Assembly: GCA_934254925.1 (NCBI GenBank)
Contig: CAKQMD010000003.1
Coordinates: 17,727 to 81,726, forward strand
Length of the DNA: 64,000 bases
Direction: 5' to 3'
Origin: an uncultured Alphaproteobacteria bacterium
GTDB taxonomy: Bacteria; Pseudomonadota; Alphaproteobacteria; RF32; CAG-239
Position 1 is the stretch's first letter; every line of letters begins with the position of its first letter. A model generated the notes under the pieces. It had not been told where the DNA came from and ran no database searches. It worked only from the letters and a program-made list of their open reading frames with translations. This document shows, piece after piece, positions 11,970-21,110 of the stretch. The translations under genes and the position numbers were made by a program.

Positions 11970-12602
11970 ATGCCCAATATTTTATTTTTGTCGGAAAAAG
12001 AAGCTTTTGCTGATGATTTGAGCGCTCAAATAGCGCTCTATGCGCCGGATTACACCGTTTTTCGGGAAGATGACGGTAAGACGATGTTTGATCTTCTGAT
12101 TGTAGACGAGGATGTGGAGCAGGGCAAACGCCTGATACGCAATGCCGTTGCCGCGCCGATATTTTTGCTGACCTCGCTTTCCGCGACCGAGCTGGTAGAA
12201 GAGCGTTTTAATCATGTTTTGTTCAAGCCTTTTCGGCTGGAACAATTTTTGGATGAACTGCAATCCGGGATCAACCGTTATGAAAACAGTTCAGATGGCT
12301 ATCTAAAATTTAACCGTTATATTCTCAAACCGGTGAAAAAGGAAATTTATAATCAGCGCAATAAAGAAACCGTCAAATTGACGGAAAAGGAAGTGGCGGT
12401 TATCAAATATCTCTACAAAGCCAAAGAAAGAATTGTCGGCAAAAACGAGTTGCTGCAGGAAGTCTGGGGATATAGCCCCGACGTGACGACGCATACGATC
12501 GAAACGCATATTTACCGTCTGCGGCAAAAAGTGGAACACGAAGATCCATCGGCCCAGTTGATCATGACTTATGAGGGCGGTTATAAGCTTAAAACAGTCT
12601 AA
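11970..12602 (+). CDS. OmpR-family response regulator with atypical receiver domain
   Basis: The C-terminal winged-helix reads LTEKEVAVIKYLYKAKERIVGKNELLQEVWGYSPDVTTHTIETHIYRLRQKV. The receiver keeps the phospho-acceptor context (DLLIVDED), LLTS and KPF, but the N-terminal acidic DD pair is replaced (LFLSEKE). Confidence 0.75.
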   Translation: MPNILFLSEKEAFADDLSAQIALYAPDYTVFREDDGKTMFDLLIVDEDVEQGKRLIRNAVAAPIFLLTSLSATELVEERFNHVLFKPFRLEQFLDELQSGINRYENSSDGYLKFNRYILKPVKKEIYNQRNKETVKLTEKEVAVIKYLYKAKERIVGKNELLQEVWGYSPDVTTHTIETHIYRLRQKVEHEDPSAQLIMTYEGGYKLKTV

Positions 12603-14424
12603 GGATTGACTGCGAAGCCTGAGAGGCTAAGGAAAGGGAATTGACCGCCAATTGTTGCCGGGTTTGCAGGGCCAGCATATTGGCCGATTCCTCGTTCATA
12701 TCAGCTAAGGTTAATTTGTCGGCGCCCTCGGTGAGGACATTGATCAAGTTTTGGGTGAAATTCTCCCGCGTGGTGACGATAGAGTAATAGTTGCCGAGTT
12801 CGGAGCTCATCTGCCGGATCTGATTCAGAGCTTCGGTCAGTTCTTGAATTGACTTGACCACGTCTCCCTGATTTTGCCAATCAGTCGTCACCAACCCCAA
12901 AGTTTTGGCCGAAGCGTCTTTTCCTTGCACTGACAACTGTGCCGAACGGTTTTCATTAAACGTCACCGTCAAATCTTGCTCTCTTAGCAAGTTAATTCCT
13001 TTATAAGAGCTGTCTTTGATCAGCAAATCATATTGCTTAATAATCTCGCTGTACGGCTTGTCGGCAGTCTTTTTCTTATATGTCTGTTGAGTTGCTAAGT
13101 TATCCAACCAATTTAAATCCGGCTGTGTATATGTTTCTCCCTCAACTTTTTGATATTGTGGCGGAATTTCATTCTTCGTTGTTGTATGGTCAACATCTTC
13201 CAATAGTTGGTAAACTTGACCTTTGACGCTGATTTTGCTTCCCGCCGCGGCTTTTAACGTCGTAGAAGCGTTCAGAAGATAAGTGTCATTAACGTTAATT
13301 GCCGCTTCTGCAGAATTTATGATCAGATTTTTTACGCCCTGTACGGAGGCATTGTCAAGCCGACTTTGGTCATTGAGCGTCAGCGTGCCGCTGTTAACCC
13401 GCGTCCCATTTAGCAAAGTTGCTCCGTTGCAGGTAACATCACATGCGCCAAAAGCAGAAGAAGAGTTATGAACATTAACAACAGTATCATTAAATTCGCA
13501 GCGACTCAGCTCGAAAATTGTGTCATCGTTTTTTATATTTAGAACTGTTCCCGGATCGGTAACAACGTAACAATGCTGAAAAACTTTTCCTAAATGCGTT
13601 CCCGTAGGATCGTCCATGTAAAAATTGTTAATGCCTGAAATATTGATCACACGATCTGAATTATTGCCATTTAAATTACTTCCATAAATCAGTTTATCAT
13701 AATTTCCTCTGTTTTCTATTTTAGAATAGAGGTCCAGGTTTTTCAGCGTTATTTTACTGTAATTATTGCCACTGATTAAAAAAGTGTCTTTCTTTTGAGC
13801 GTCCCCGGCCACATGAATACTCAAGTCGGAAATGCTTCCTGTCGAGAGTGTGACCATCCGCATTGAAGCCGCACCGGTCACGTCAAATTTGAGAGCCGAG
13901 AATTTGCCGCGTTCATTGTCGGCAATGCCGTAAGTGCCGATTCCGGTCAAATTTTGCCCTTCTTTGAGGGTAATTGTCGTGTTGCCCATATCAATCTGGC
14001 CATAAATGACGATGTCGCCTTTTTTGCCGGAATTAAGCGCGGCCAAGAGTTCTTCTTTGCTGGAAACCACCGCAGCCACGCCTTCTTGCTCTTCAAACCA
14101 AGACTTGGCGGGAATATGATTCGTTTCCAAAGCTTGGGTCGCCGTGGCGGCAGCTTGTTCCAACAAACTTGCCCCTGCCTGCAGACCCTCGGTCGCGGCT
14201 TTGATTGTCTGAATCCCTTGCGCCATGGAATCCAACAAGGCCGACAAGTCACTGGCCCGGTTGCTTAAAGAAACCGCGGTATAATAGGAAGAAGGGTTGT
14301 CGATTGCCGAATTGACTTTCAATCCGGTGGAGAGACGATTTTGCGTCAAGTCAACCTGTCCCGTAATATTTTGCAGGCTCAGCAAATTTGATCGCATTGA
14401 GGCGGTTAGACTGATGCTGTTCAT
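12589..14424 (-). CDS. flagellin with large central insertion (611 aa)
   Basis: N-terminus MNSISLTASMRSNLLSLQNITGQVDLTQNRLSTGLKVNSAIDNP... and C-terminus ...NMLALQTRQQLAVNSLSLASQASQSILRLF match the Caulobacter-type flagellin D0/D1 helices. The start is set at ATG 14424, preceded by AGGAGAG. About 330 central residues form a non-flagellin domain rich in N, S, T and G. Confidence 0.85.
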   Translation of the reverse strand: MNSISLTASMRSNLLSLQNITGQVDLTQNRLSTGLKVNSAIDNPSSYYTAVSLSNRASDLSALLDSMAQGIQTIKAATEGLQAGASLLEQAAATATQALETNHIPAKSWFEEQEGVAAVVSSKEELLAALNSGKKGDIVIYGQIDMGNTTITLKEGQNLTGIGTYGIADNERGKFSALKFDVTGAASMRMVTLSTGSISDLSIHVAGDAQKKDTFLISGNNYSKITLKNLDLYSKIENRGNYDKLIYGSNLNGNNSDRVINISGINNFYMDDPTGTHLGKVFQHCYVVTDPGTVLNIKNDDTIFELSRCEFNDTVVNVHNSSSAFGACDVTCNGATLLNGTRVNSGTLTLNDQSRLDNASVQGVKNLIINSAEAAINVNDTYLLNASTTLKAAAGSKISVKGQVYQLLEDVDHTTTKNEIPPQYQKVEGETYTQPDLNWLDNLATQQTYKKKTADKPYSEIIKQYDLLIKDSSYKGINLLREQDLTVTFNENRSAQLSVQGKDASAKTLGLVTTDWQNQGDVVKSIQELTEALNQIRQMSSELGNYYSIVTTRENFTQNLINVLTEGADKLTLADMNEESANMLALQTRQQLAVNSLSLASQASQSILRLF

Positions 14425-14550
14425 TTCTCTCTCCTGAATTTCAATATATGCAGTATACTGCAAATCCCGAGAGTAAACGACGTTTTGTCAACAGCGATGT
14501 CAATGATTGGTTATTATTGTCTCAATTGCAGCGATCAAAATTAAAGCCAT

Positions 14551-14588
14551 TTAAAATGAAAGAAGTCTCCGTATTAACGAAGACTTCT
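14551..14588 (-). terminator. possible terminator of the oxidoreductase gene
   Basis: 8-bp inverted repeat AGAAGTCT (14561-14568) / AGACTTCT (14581-14588) with a 12-nt loop. On the minus strand it is followed by UUCAUUUU. Confidence 0.4.
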
Positions 14589-14653
14589 CAGGGGTTGCCA
14601 AATTTTTGGCCGCAGGAATGAAATAAATAATCGTTCAAAGACAATAATTATTT

Positions 14654-16042
14654 TTATTCGCCTTTTTTGATTTTGTCAATCAATTCTTTAACCGAAGGAA
14701 TACCGTTGCGATACAAAGGATCTGTTGCAAAACGATAAACCTGGTGGCCGGCAAACAGCAAATGGTCTTTGACGCTGCCGCCGTGTCCGACTTCATACAA
14801 CGTCTTGTGAATGCAATAAGAACGCGGATCCGGCAAACGTCCGGTCGTACCGTGAGCCTGAGACCAAGTGGAAAATTGGCATTGCGATAAACAGCCGACG
14901 CAGTTGGCCCGGTCCTCTTTCATTTGCTTCCAGTCTTCCGGCGTCATAAAAACCACCGTCTGATCCGGCGTTTCCTTAATCTCCGTTAGGCCGGCCTTGA
15001 TCTGGTTCATGGCCTTTTCGCCGTCTTCGGGACGAATGAAAATGATTTTGCTTTCACTCATGTGCAACGGCTGCGAAAACTCGGCAGTTGCCTCATGAGA
15101 AAAGGCGATTTCTCCATTTTTGCGGGCAATCAGTTTTTCCAAAAAGGTGTTTTTGATAGCCGAAGAGAAAAAACCTGTCGGGCTGAATTTTTGCAAAATA
15201 ACGTCGCCTTTTTTAACCTGCATCATCACTTTTTTCCAGGCGTCGCTGATCGGACTTTCTTTGGTGATCATCGGTCTGGTGCCGAATTGGAAAGCGATTT
15301 TGCCGATGTCCGGATTGTCGATGTAATCTTCCCAGTCTTTGAGCGCCCAGACGCCGCCGGCCAAAATGATCGGTTTTTCCTGCAGGCCGAGGTTGTTCAT
15401 AACCCGTCGCAATTCCACCAAACGCATGTACGGCGTTTCCGGATGATTGGGGTCTTCGGCGTTGGACAAGCCGTTATGCCCCCCGGCCAGCCAAGGGTCT
15501 TCATAAACCACGCCGCCGAGATATTCGACAAACTTGTTGTAGGCACGCTTCCACAATACCTGAAAAGCCCGTGCCGAAGAAACGATCGGATAATAATAAA
15601 CGCCGAATTTGGAAGCCAGTTCACCCAAGTGGTAAGGCAGACCGGCGCCGCAGGTCACGCCGTGAATAAGCCCCCGGGTCCTTTCCAGCACACCGGTCAG
15701 AATTCGTTGAGAATCCGCCAGCTCCCACAGCATATTCATGTGAATACGGCCGTTTCCGCCCGAAACCTCGTGTGCGACCTGAGCTTGAGCAACACCGCCC
15801 TTAATGGCATATTCCACCATTTCTTCATGCCGGTCTTTGCGTGCCTTTTTGAAAAATCTTTCTAAAATGACGTTCCCTGTCGAATCATAAAAATCCGGAC
15901 TGACGCCGGAAAAGGTCCCGACGCAGTTTTCATGAGCCCAAGCGCCCGAACTGCGCCCGTCGCTTCCGTTGATGCCTTTTCCGCCCTCGATCAAAGGCAG
16001 AACCTCTTTCCCGGAAATCATGATTGGTTTTAATTCTTTCAC
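14654..16042 (-). CDS. NAD(P)H-dependent flavin oxidoreductase, nitronate monooxygenase (2-nitropropane dioxygenase) family, long form
   Basis: 462 aa. Family-like blocks IEGGKGINGS, HGVTCGAGLP and PIILAGGVW suggest a TIM-barrel FMN enzyme. There is also a Cys-rich C-terminal segment (CVGCLSQCQFS). The family call is from memory of these motifs only. Confidence 0.5.
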   Translation of the reverse strand: MKELKPIMISGKEVLPLIEGGKGINGSDGRSSGAWAHENCVGTFSGVSPDFYDSTGNVILERFFKKARKDRHEEMVEYAIKGGVAQAQVAHEVSGGNGRIHMNMLWELADSQRILTGVLERTRGLIHGVTCGAGLPYHLGELASKFGVYYYPIVSSARAFQVLWKRAYNKFVEYLGGVVYEDPWLAGGHNGLSNAEDPNHPETPYMRLVELRRVMNNLGLQEKPIILAGGVWALKDWEDYIDNPDIGKIAFQFGTRPMITKESPISDAWKKVMMQVKKGDVILQKFSPTGFFSSAIKNTFLEKLIARKNGEIAFSHEATAEFSQPLHMSESKIIFIRPEDGEKAMNQIKAGLTEIKETPDQTVVFMTPEDWKQMKEDRANCVGCLSQCQFSTWSQAHGTTGRLPDPRSYCIHKTLYEVGHGGSVKDHLLFAGHQVYRFATDPLYRNGIPSVKELIDKIKKGE

Positions 16043-16235
16043 TCTTTTTCCCTCTATATTAAATTTTAAGTTTTCATCAAACTCCGCAACAACATAACAC
16101 AGAAATTCATGTTTGTGGAGAGTTTTTTACTTTTTTTGCCAACAAATAATTATTAATTGTCATTTTTTCAAGAGGTCAAGGTTGCGTAATAAAAATTAAA
16201 GTCTATAATTTGGCAAAAAACAACGGAGTGTGGCA

Positions 16236-17999
16236 ATGCAGACAAACGTCTTCAAATTTTTGTGGAAATACCTGTCGAAGCTGAAGTTTTTGTTTTTCAG
16301 TGTCCTGCTGATGATCTCTTTGGGAGAAATCTGTACCCGGATTGCGCTTTATTACGGGGCGGAAATCGTCAACGTCATCTCGGTATCTGACAAAGACGCC
16401 TCTCTGCTGCGCCAGGCTTTGGCTTATGCCGGTCTTGCCGCCGTATTCCTTTTTGGCAAAGGTTTTCTGCTAAACGTTATGATTTTTCTGGAAGCGCGTT
16501 TCCTTCCCGTCTACATGAGCCGTATTGCCAAAGACTTGTTTGCTTATGCCCATAACCATTCCACGGCCTTTTTTGCCGAGGAGATGGCCGGGAATATTTC
16601 CGGCAAAATCAAAACCATCATTGACAGCAGTTACGGCATTTATTATCAGGTTTTGTGGGGCTTCATTTCGCCTCTGATTGCGCTTGGCACCAGTTTTTTG
16701 TTCATTTATCGCATCAATGTCGAGTTGTCGCTGATCATGCTGTTTTTAAATATTGCCCTGATCGTCGTCCTATGGTTTTTAAGCCGACGTTTGTCGCCTT
16801 ATTCCGAGACGCGTGCCCGGGCCATGAGCGAGGCTAACGGCATTTTGGTCGACAGCATCACCAATTCCTCCCTGGTCAAAAACTTCAGCAATTACCTTTT
16901 TGAGAAGAAGCATTATTATGCAGCCATGAAAAAGGCTGCTCTGGCAGATCGTCGCGAAACCCGCCAATTTGCCGTCCTCTTCATTTCTCAGGGAACAATC
17001 CGTTCCACGCTGCAGGCCGTTTTTTATGCCCTGCCTTTGTGGTATTGGTACCAAGGCGAAATAAACGTCGCCCAATATGTGCTGATTCAGAGCCTTATCC
17101 TTACCCTGTCAAATATTTACAACAACATTTCCATGAATTTTCTGCAGTTTTTCAAGAACTACGGCGGCATTCGCGACGGGCTGATTTTGTTGTCAAAACC
17201 CTGTGAGGTCCTTGATTGTCCAGGCGCGGCGGAACTCCGTCCGAAAGAGGCTTCGGTTGATTTTTGCGATGTTTATTATCACTACAAAGGCAATAAGCCG
17301 CTGTTTGAAAATTTCAGCCTGCAAATCGCCGCCGGAGAAAAAATCGGTTTGGTCGGCCGTTCGGGGTCTGGAAAATCAACCTTGGTCAAATTGCTGTCGC
17401 GTTATTATGACGTGCAAAAGGGGGAAATCTTGCTGGGCGGCGTTAACGTCTCCCGCGTAACGCAGGATTCTTTGCGCCGGCAGATTGCCTTTATTCCTCA
17501 AGATCCCAGCCTGTTTAACCGCACGATCATGGAAAACATTCGCTACGGCAACCTCAAAGCCACGGACGATGAGGTGATTACCGCTGCTAAAAAAGCCTAT
17601 TGTCATGATTTTATCATGGCTTTGCCGCACGGGTATCAAAGCAAGGTCGGCGAGCGCGGCGTCATGCTTTCAGGCGGGGAACGACAGCGGATTGCCATTG
17701 CCCGTGCCATTTTGAAGAATGCTCCGATTCTGGTGTTGGACGAGGCCACCTCAGCTTTGGACAGTGAGAGCGAAAAGTTCATTCAGGATTCGCTGAAAGA
17801 ATTGATGAAAGGCAAAACTGTTATTGCCATCGCCCACCGTTTGTCGACCCTGCGCGAAATGGATCGGATCGTTGTCATGGATGCTGGACGCATTGTCGAA
17901 AGCGGCAGTCACAAGGCCCTGATTCGCAAAAAAGGCGCTTATTGCAGTTTCTACCGCATGCAGGCCGACGGTTTCTTAAAATCGGACCTTGCCGGTTAG
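16236..17999 (+). CDS. ABC exporter, fused permease/ATPase (MsbA-like half transporter)
   Basis: Six predicted TM helices, then Walker A GRSGSGKST, signature LSGGERQRIAIARA and Walker B ILVLDEATSALD. I prefer ATG 16236 to GTG 16230 because GGAG lies 7 nt upstream. Confidence 0.9.
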   Translation: MQTNVFKFLWKYLSKLKFLFFSVLLMISLGEICTRIALYYGAEIVNVISVSDKDASLLRQALAYAGLAAVFLFGKGFLLNVMIFLEARFLPVYMSRIAKDLFAYAHNHSTAFFAEEMAGNISGKIKTIIDSSYGIYYQVLWGFISPLIALGTSFLFIYRINVELSLIMLFLNIALIVVLWFLSRRLSPYSETRARAMSEANGILVDSITNSSLVKNFSNYLFEKKHYYAAMKKAALADRRETRQFAVLFISQGTIRSTLQAVFYALPLWYWYQGEINVAQYVLIQSLILTLSNIYNNISMNFLQFFKNYGGIRDGLILLSKPCEVLDCPGAAELRPKEASVDFCDVYYHYKGNKPLFENFSLQIAAGEKIGLVGRSGSGKSTLVKLLSRYYDVQKGEILLGGVNVSRVTQDSLRRQIAFIPQDPSLFNRTIMENIRYGNLKATDDEVITAAKKAYCHDFIMALPHGYQSKVGERGVMLSGGERQRIAIARAILKNAPILVLDEATSALDSESEKFIQDSLKELMKGKTVIAIAHRLSTLREMDRIVVMDAGRIVESGSHKALIRKKGAYCSFYRMQADGFLKSDLAG

Positions 18000-19471
18000 G
18001 GGGCCAGCTGAAACAGGTTTTTGGGAATGTCGTTAATGGAGACCAAGGCAATGATGATGCAAATCAAGGCATAAACCTGCAGCATTTGCGCCAAGGCCCG
18101 GTTTTTAAGCGGCGGCAACCGATCTTCATAACGATGGATCAGGGTGTAAATCAGCAGCATCAGCCCGGTGGTGATAATCGCCTGTAACCCGAGACCGATC
18201 TTGGGAATCTCTTCCGCCCAAGGCTGCAGGATTTTATACAAGAAGGTAAAAAACAACATGTAAACGGCAATCAGTACTGCCGAGATTTTTTGCATCTTAG
18301 TGTCTATAGCGGCCTTTTCCAGCTTTTCCTTCTTGAGGTTTTCGACCGAAATCTGCGAAACCTCCATTCCGCGCACCATTTGCGGCGTTTCCTTTTGTTT
18401 TTTGATTCCCTGCATGTCGGTGCGAAACTTTTCTTCCGCAATGCACAAACCGCAGCCTTTGGCGGTGAAATAATCATGGTCGTGATTTTTTTTGCAGGGT
18501 TTGAGGTTGTGTAAGATCTTCCACAGATGGTCTTTCCATTCCTGAGCGCTCGGCCGCGTTGCGCCTTTGACAAAGGCCCTTTCAAACATTTCCAGGGTCT
18601 GCTTGTCAAAATATTCGTGAATACTGTAGGGGTGCGGCGCCTGGTAGCTGTCCGGCCACAATCCGTATGCGTAATGATATTGCTCAATACGGTTTTGAAT
18701 GGTCAGCATGTCGCCGTCGCTTTTGCGCGGCACGCCGGAAAAAGGATGGATGCCGTTGTTGAGAAGCTTGAAGATGATGACTGCCAGGGCAAATTTGTCT
18801 TGTTCTTCGCCCATCTCGTCGCAGGTTTGGTCCATGCCTTCGGGGTAAATATATTCTTCGCTGACAAATTCCGCCGGATAACGGTTGTTGTTTTCGCCCT
18901 GGATGGAGAATCCGTCGCAGTCTACCATGGCAACCATCATCGATTCTTTGTAGACCGTAATGTTGGAGGGCTTCATGTCCACGATGTAATGGCCGCACTG
19001 ATGCAGCGCCGCCGCCATGGAAGCAACGTTATAGGCGGCGAAAACCCGATAAGCGTATTTTTCCGGCAGTTTCAACTTCTTGCGAATGGCTTTTTGCATC
19101 AAATGGTCAAGAGAGACTGCCTCATCCATGTTGATCAAAGGCATCAGATAACCGACGCAAAAGCCTTTGTCGTCTTCCAGCAGCGCCGTCGGCCAGGCAA
19201 TTTGCGGATATTCTACGCCGTTTTTGACTGCCGGCGGAAAGTTTGGTCGGTTGAGCAGCATGGCTTCCAGTTTTTTGCGGTTTGTCGCGCTTTTGTTCAA
19301 ATTGTGAAAAATCTTGGCCACCACGCCCGGTTTACCTTCCTGACGATAAATTTTTCCGGCTGCGCCGCCGCGGTTGATCAATTCTCCGAGGCGGATTTTT
19401 TCAAAACTTCCGTCGGGATAAATGGCGTTGTAATAATTTTCGCTGGCGGTTTCTATCATAGTTTGACCCAT
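17996..19471 (-). CDS. membrane-anchored Ser/Thr protein kinase-like protein (third gene of vWA-PP2C-kinase operon)
   Basis: Gly-loop/Lys region GGAAGKIY...VVAKIFH. Catalytic loop IVDMKPSNI. DFG-like VDCDGFS. Zinc-ribbon-like CKKNHDHD...CGLC. Two or three C-terminal TM helices. Confidence 0.8.
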   Translation of the reverse strand: MGQTMIETASENYYNAIYPDGSFEKIRLGELINRGGAAGKIYRQEGKPGVVAKIFHNLNKSATNRKKLEAMLLNRPNFPPAVKNGVEYPQIAWPTALLEDDKGFCVGYLMPLINMDEAVSLDHLMQKAIRKKLKLPEKYAYRVFAAYNVASMAAALHQCGHYIVDMKPSNITVYKESMMVAMVDCDGFSIQGENNNRYPAEFVSEEYIYPEGMDQTCDEMGEEQDKFALAVIIFKLLNNGIHPFSGVPRKSDGDMLTIQNRIEQYHYAYGLWPDSYQAPHPYSIHEYFDKQTLEMFERAFVKGATRPSAQEWKDHLWKILHNLKPCKKNHDHDYFTAKGCGLCIAEEKFRTDMQGIKKQKETPQMVRGMEVSQISVENLKKEKLEKAAIDTKMQKISAVLIAVYMLFFTFLYKILQPWAEEIPKIGLGLQAIITTGLMLLIYTLIHRYEDRLPPLKNRALAQMLQVYALICIIIALVSINDIPKNLFQLAP

Positions 19472-20202
19472 AAAAGCGTTTTGTCGTCAGAATTGAGCTT
19501 TTGAGCCCGCGGCGTATTGAGCGTATTGCGCAGGGCCCGTTCGGATTTTGATTTAAGAGAGCTGTTGCAGAGAAAGTCATTGATCGGCGGAATAAAGCCT
19601 TTGTCGATTTCCTGGAAGTCGTTACAGAAGGAAAAATTCGTCAGCCCGTCGCTCATCAAAAACAGGTTTTTGGCGTTTTCAAATTCCGTAAACCGCAGAT
19701 TTTCGAGCCATTCGTTTTGCGTATAAAAATAGGTCTCGCAGGAAAAACGGCCGTTTTCCGGCCGGGAAACGACAAAGTTGTCGCAGGCCTGGTCATAAAT
19801 GGCAATCGCCGCGCCGTCGCCGATGTGGAAGAAAAGCCCCCGATTGTCGTGAACAACCGCCCCGACGACCGTTGCGGCAAAATGCTCAATATTTTCATCG
19901 TTTTTTCCGGCGTTGAGACGATGTAGGGAAAGCCTTTGCCGAGCGGTGGCAATGGCTTTGGTAACATAAACGCGCATATGGTTGAAGTCGGCATTTTTAA
20001 GCATGTTGCAGACGATTTCGCAGACGATTCTGGCGCCCACTTTGCCGTATCTGGCCGACCCGGCGCCGTCCGATACCACGGCGACAAAGTTTTTCCCCCG
20101 CGCATGCTGGTAACAATCCTGGCAGGCCAGGCCCATCGTGCTGTGCAGGGGGCCGGTGACGCTGGCGGCGGCCACTTTGATATGTGCCGTCTTACTCTTC
20201 AT
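19456..20202 (-). CDS. PP2C-family protein phosphatase
   Basis: ACQDCY...VAVVSDGAGSARYG, HIGDGAA and LMSDGLTNF match the bacterial PP2C_2-type pattern. It overlaps the kinase gene by 16 nt and the vWA gene by 11 nt. Confidence 0.8.
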   Translation of the reverse strand: MKSKTAHIKVAAASVTGPLHSTMGLACQDCYQHARGKNFVAVVSDGAGSARYGKVGARIVCEIVCNMLKNADFNHMRVYVTKAIATARQRLSLHRLNAGKNDENIEHFAATVVGAVVHDNRGLFFHIGDGAAIAIYDQACDNFVVSRPENGRFSCETYFYTQNEWLENLRFTEFENAKNLFLMSDGLTNFSFCNDFQEIDKGFIPPINDFLCNSSLKSKSERALRNTLNTPRAQKLNSDDKTLLWVKL

Positions 20203-20881
20203 CCCAATCGCCTGTATCTTCGAGTAAGTCCGGAACGTTCGGAGCGGCTTTTGAGATGCAGGAAACGCTGCGGCTGAGCCAAAGGAAAAATTCGGTAAAT
20301 TTCAAGCCGGTAAGTCTTTTCGGCGACATTAGCGAGAACTTTGCCAACTTGTCGAGATTGGCACCTTGAGTTCCCACCGCATGCACCACGACTTTTTTGT
20401 TTTTTTGCGCAAACCGGCATTTTTCCGCCACGATTTCCCAGTCATAATCCGTCGGTTCACCGTCGCTGATAAGAAAAATCCAGGGCCTTTTGGAAGTAAT
20501 GCCGCAGCTGTCATAAAGACATTTCTGTTCTTCGATTTTTTGCAAAGCCAGTTCCATGGCCTTGCCCAGCGGGGTCAGTCCGCCGGCTTCCATGGTCGGC
20601 GCTTCAAAGTTCATGGCGTCAATCCAGTCCGAGGAAATGACCGCTTCGTCTTTTCCGAAAGCTTTGATGATCAGCAATTGCACGCGCGAACTGGCATCGA
20701 TGTCTTCCTTAAGCTCTTTTTCCAAAGCTTTCAGACCGGCGTTCAGTTGTTTGATCGGTTCGCCGCGCATAGATCCGGAACAGTCCAGTACCAGGACACA
20801 GGGCGTTCTTTCGTTGGCGTTGTCGGCAAATTCCACATAAGGGATCATCTCCTCGCCGAAATTGTTTTCTTGCGCAACCAT
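20192..20881 (-). CDS. von Willebrand factor A domain protein (TerY-like)
   Basis: MIDAS motif VLVLDCSGSM (DxSxS), then later ...LISDGEPTD. First enzyme-less member of the triad. Confidence 0.85.
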   Translation of the reverse strand: MVAQENNFGEEMIPYVEFADNANERTPCVLVLDCSGSMRGEPIKQLNAGLKALEKELKEDIDASSRVQLLIIKAFGKDEAVISSDWIDAMNFEAPTMEAGGLTPLGKAMELALQKIEEQKCLYDSCGITSKRPWIFLISDGEPTDYDWEIVAEKCRFAQKNKKVVVHAVGTQGANLDKLAKFSLMSPKRLTGLKFTEFFLWLSRSVSCISKAAPNVPDLLEDTGDWDEE

Positions 20882-20899
20882 GTTTTTAGCCTCTTGTTG

Positions 20900-21025
20900 T
20901 TAACGACGCGGATAAATGTGCGGATAACCGCTTCCCGGCACCGGTTCGGGACGAGAGGTTTTTCCACAGGCACTTAATGACAAAAGCACTGCCAAAACTG
21001 CCGCAAACACACATATAGATTTCAT
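20900..21025 (-). CDS. small lipoprotein (41 aa)
   Basis: Internal ATG 21025 gives MKSICVFAAVLAVLLSLSACGK... with lipobox LSAC and an AAGGA RBS. It lies 18 nt upstream of the vWA gene. Confidence 0.45.
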   Translation of the reverse strand: MKSICVFAAVLAVLLSLSACGKTSRPEPVPGSGYPHIYPRR

Positions 21026-21110
21026 AGCTTCATCCTTATCGCTTGTATCTCTGATATTTCTGTTTATATTATACGGATAAGAGTTAAGCAACAATTAAGA
21101 GGCCGGAAGC

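Noticed and set aside
14425-14560. Sigma-28 (TAAA-N15-GCCGATAA) flagellar promoter upstream of the flagellin gene
   Set aside because: I could not find a convincing match by eye. Two TTGACA hexamers are present but lack a properly spaced -10, so no promoter is called.
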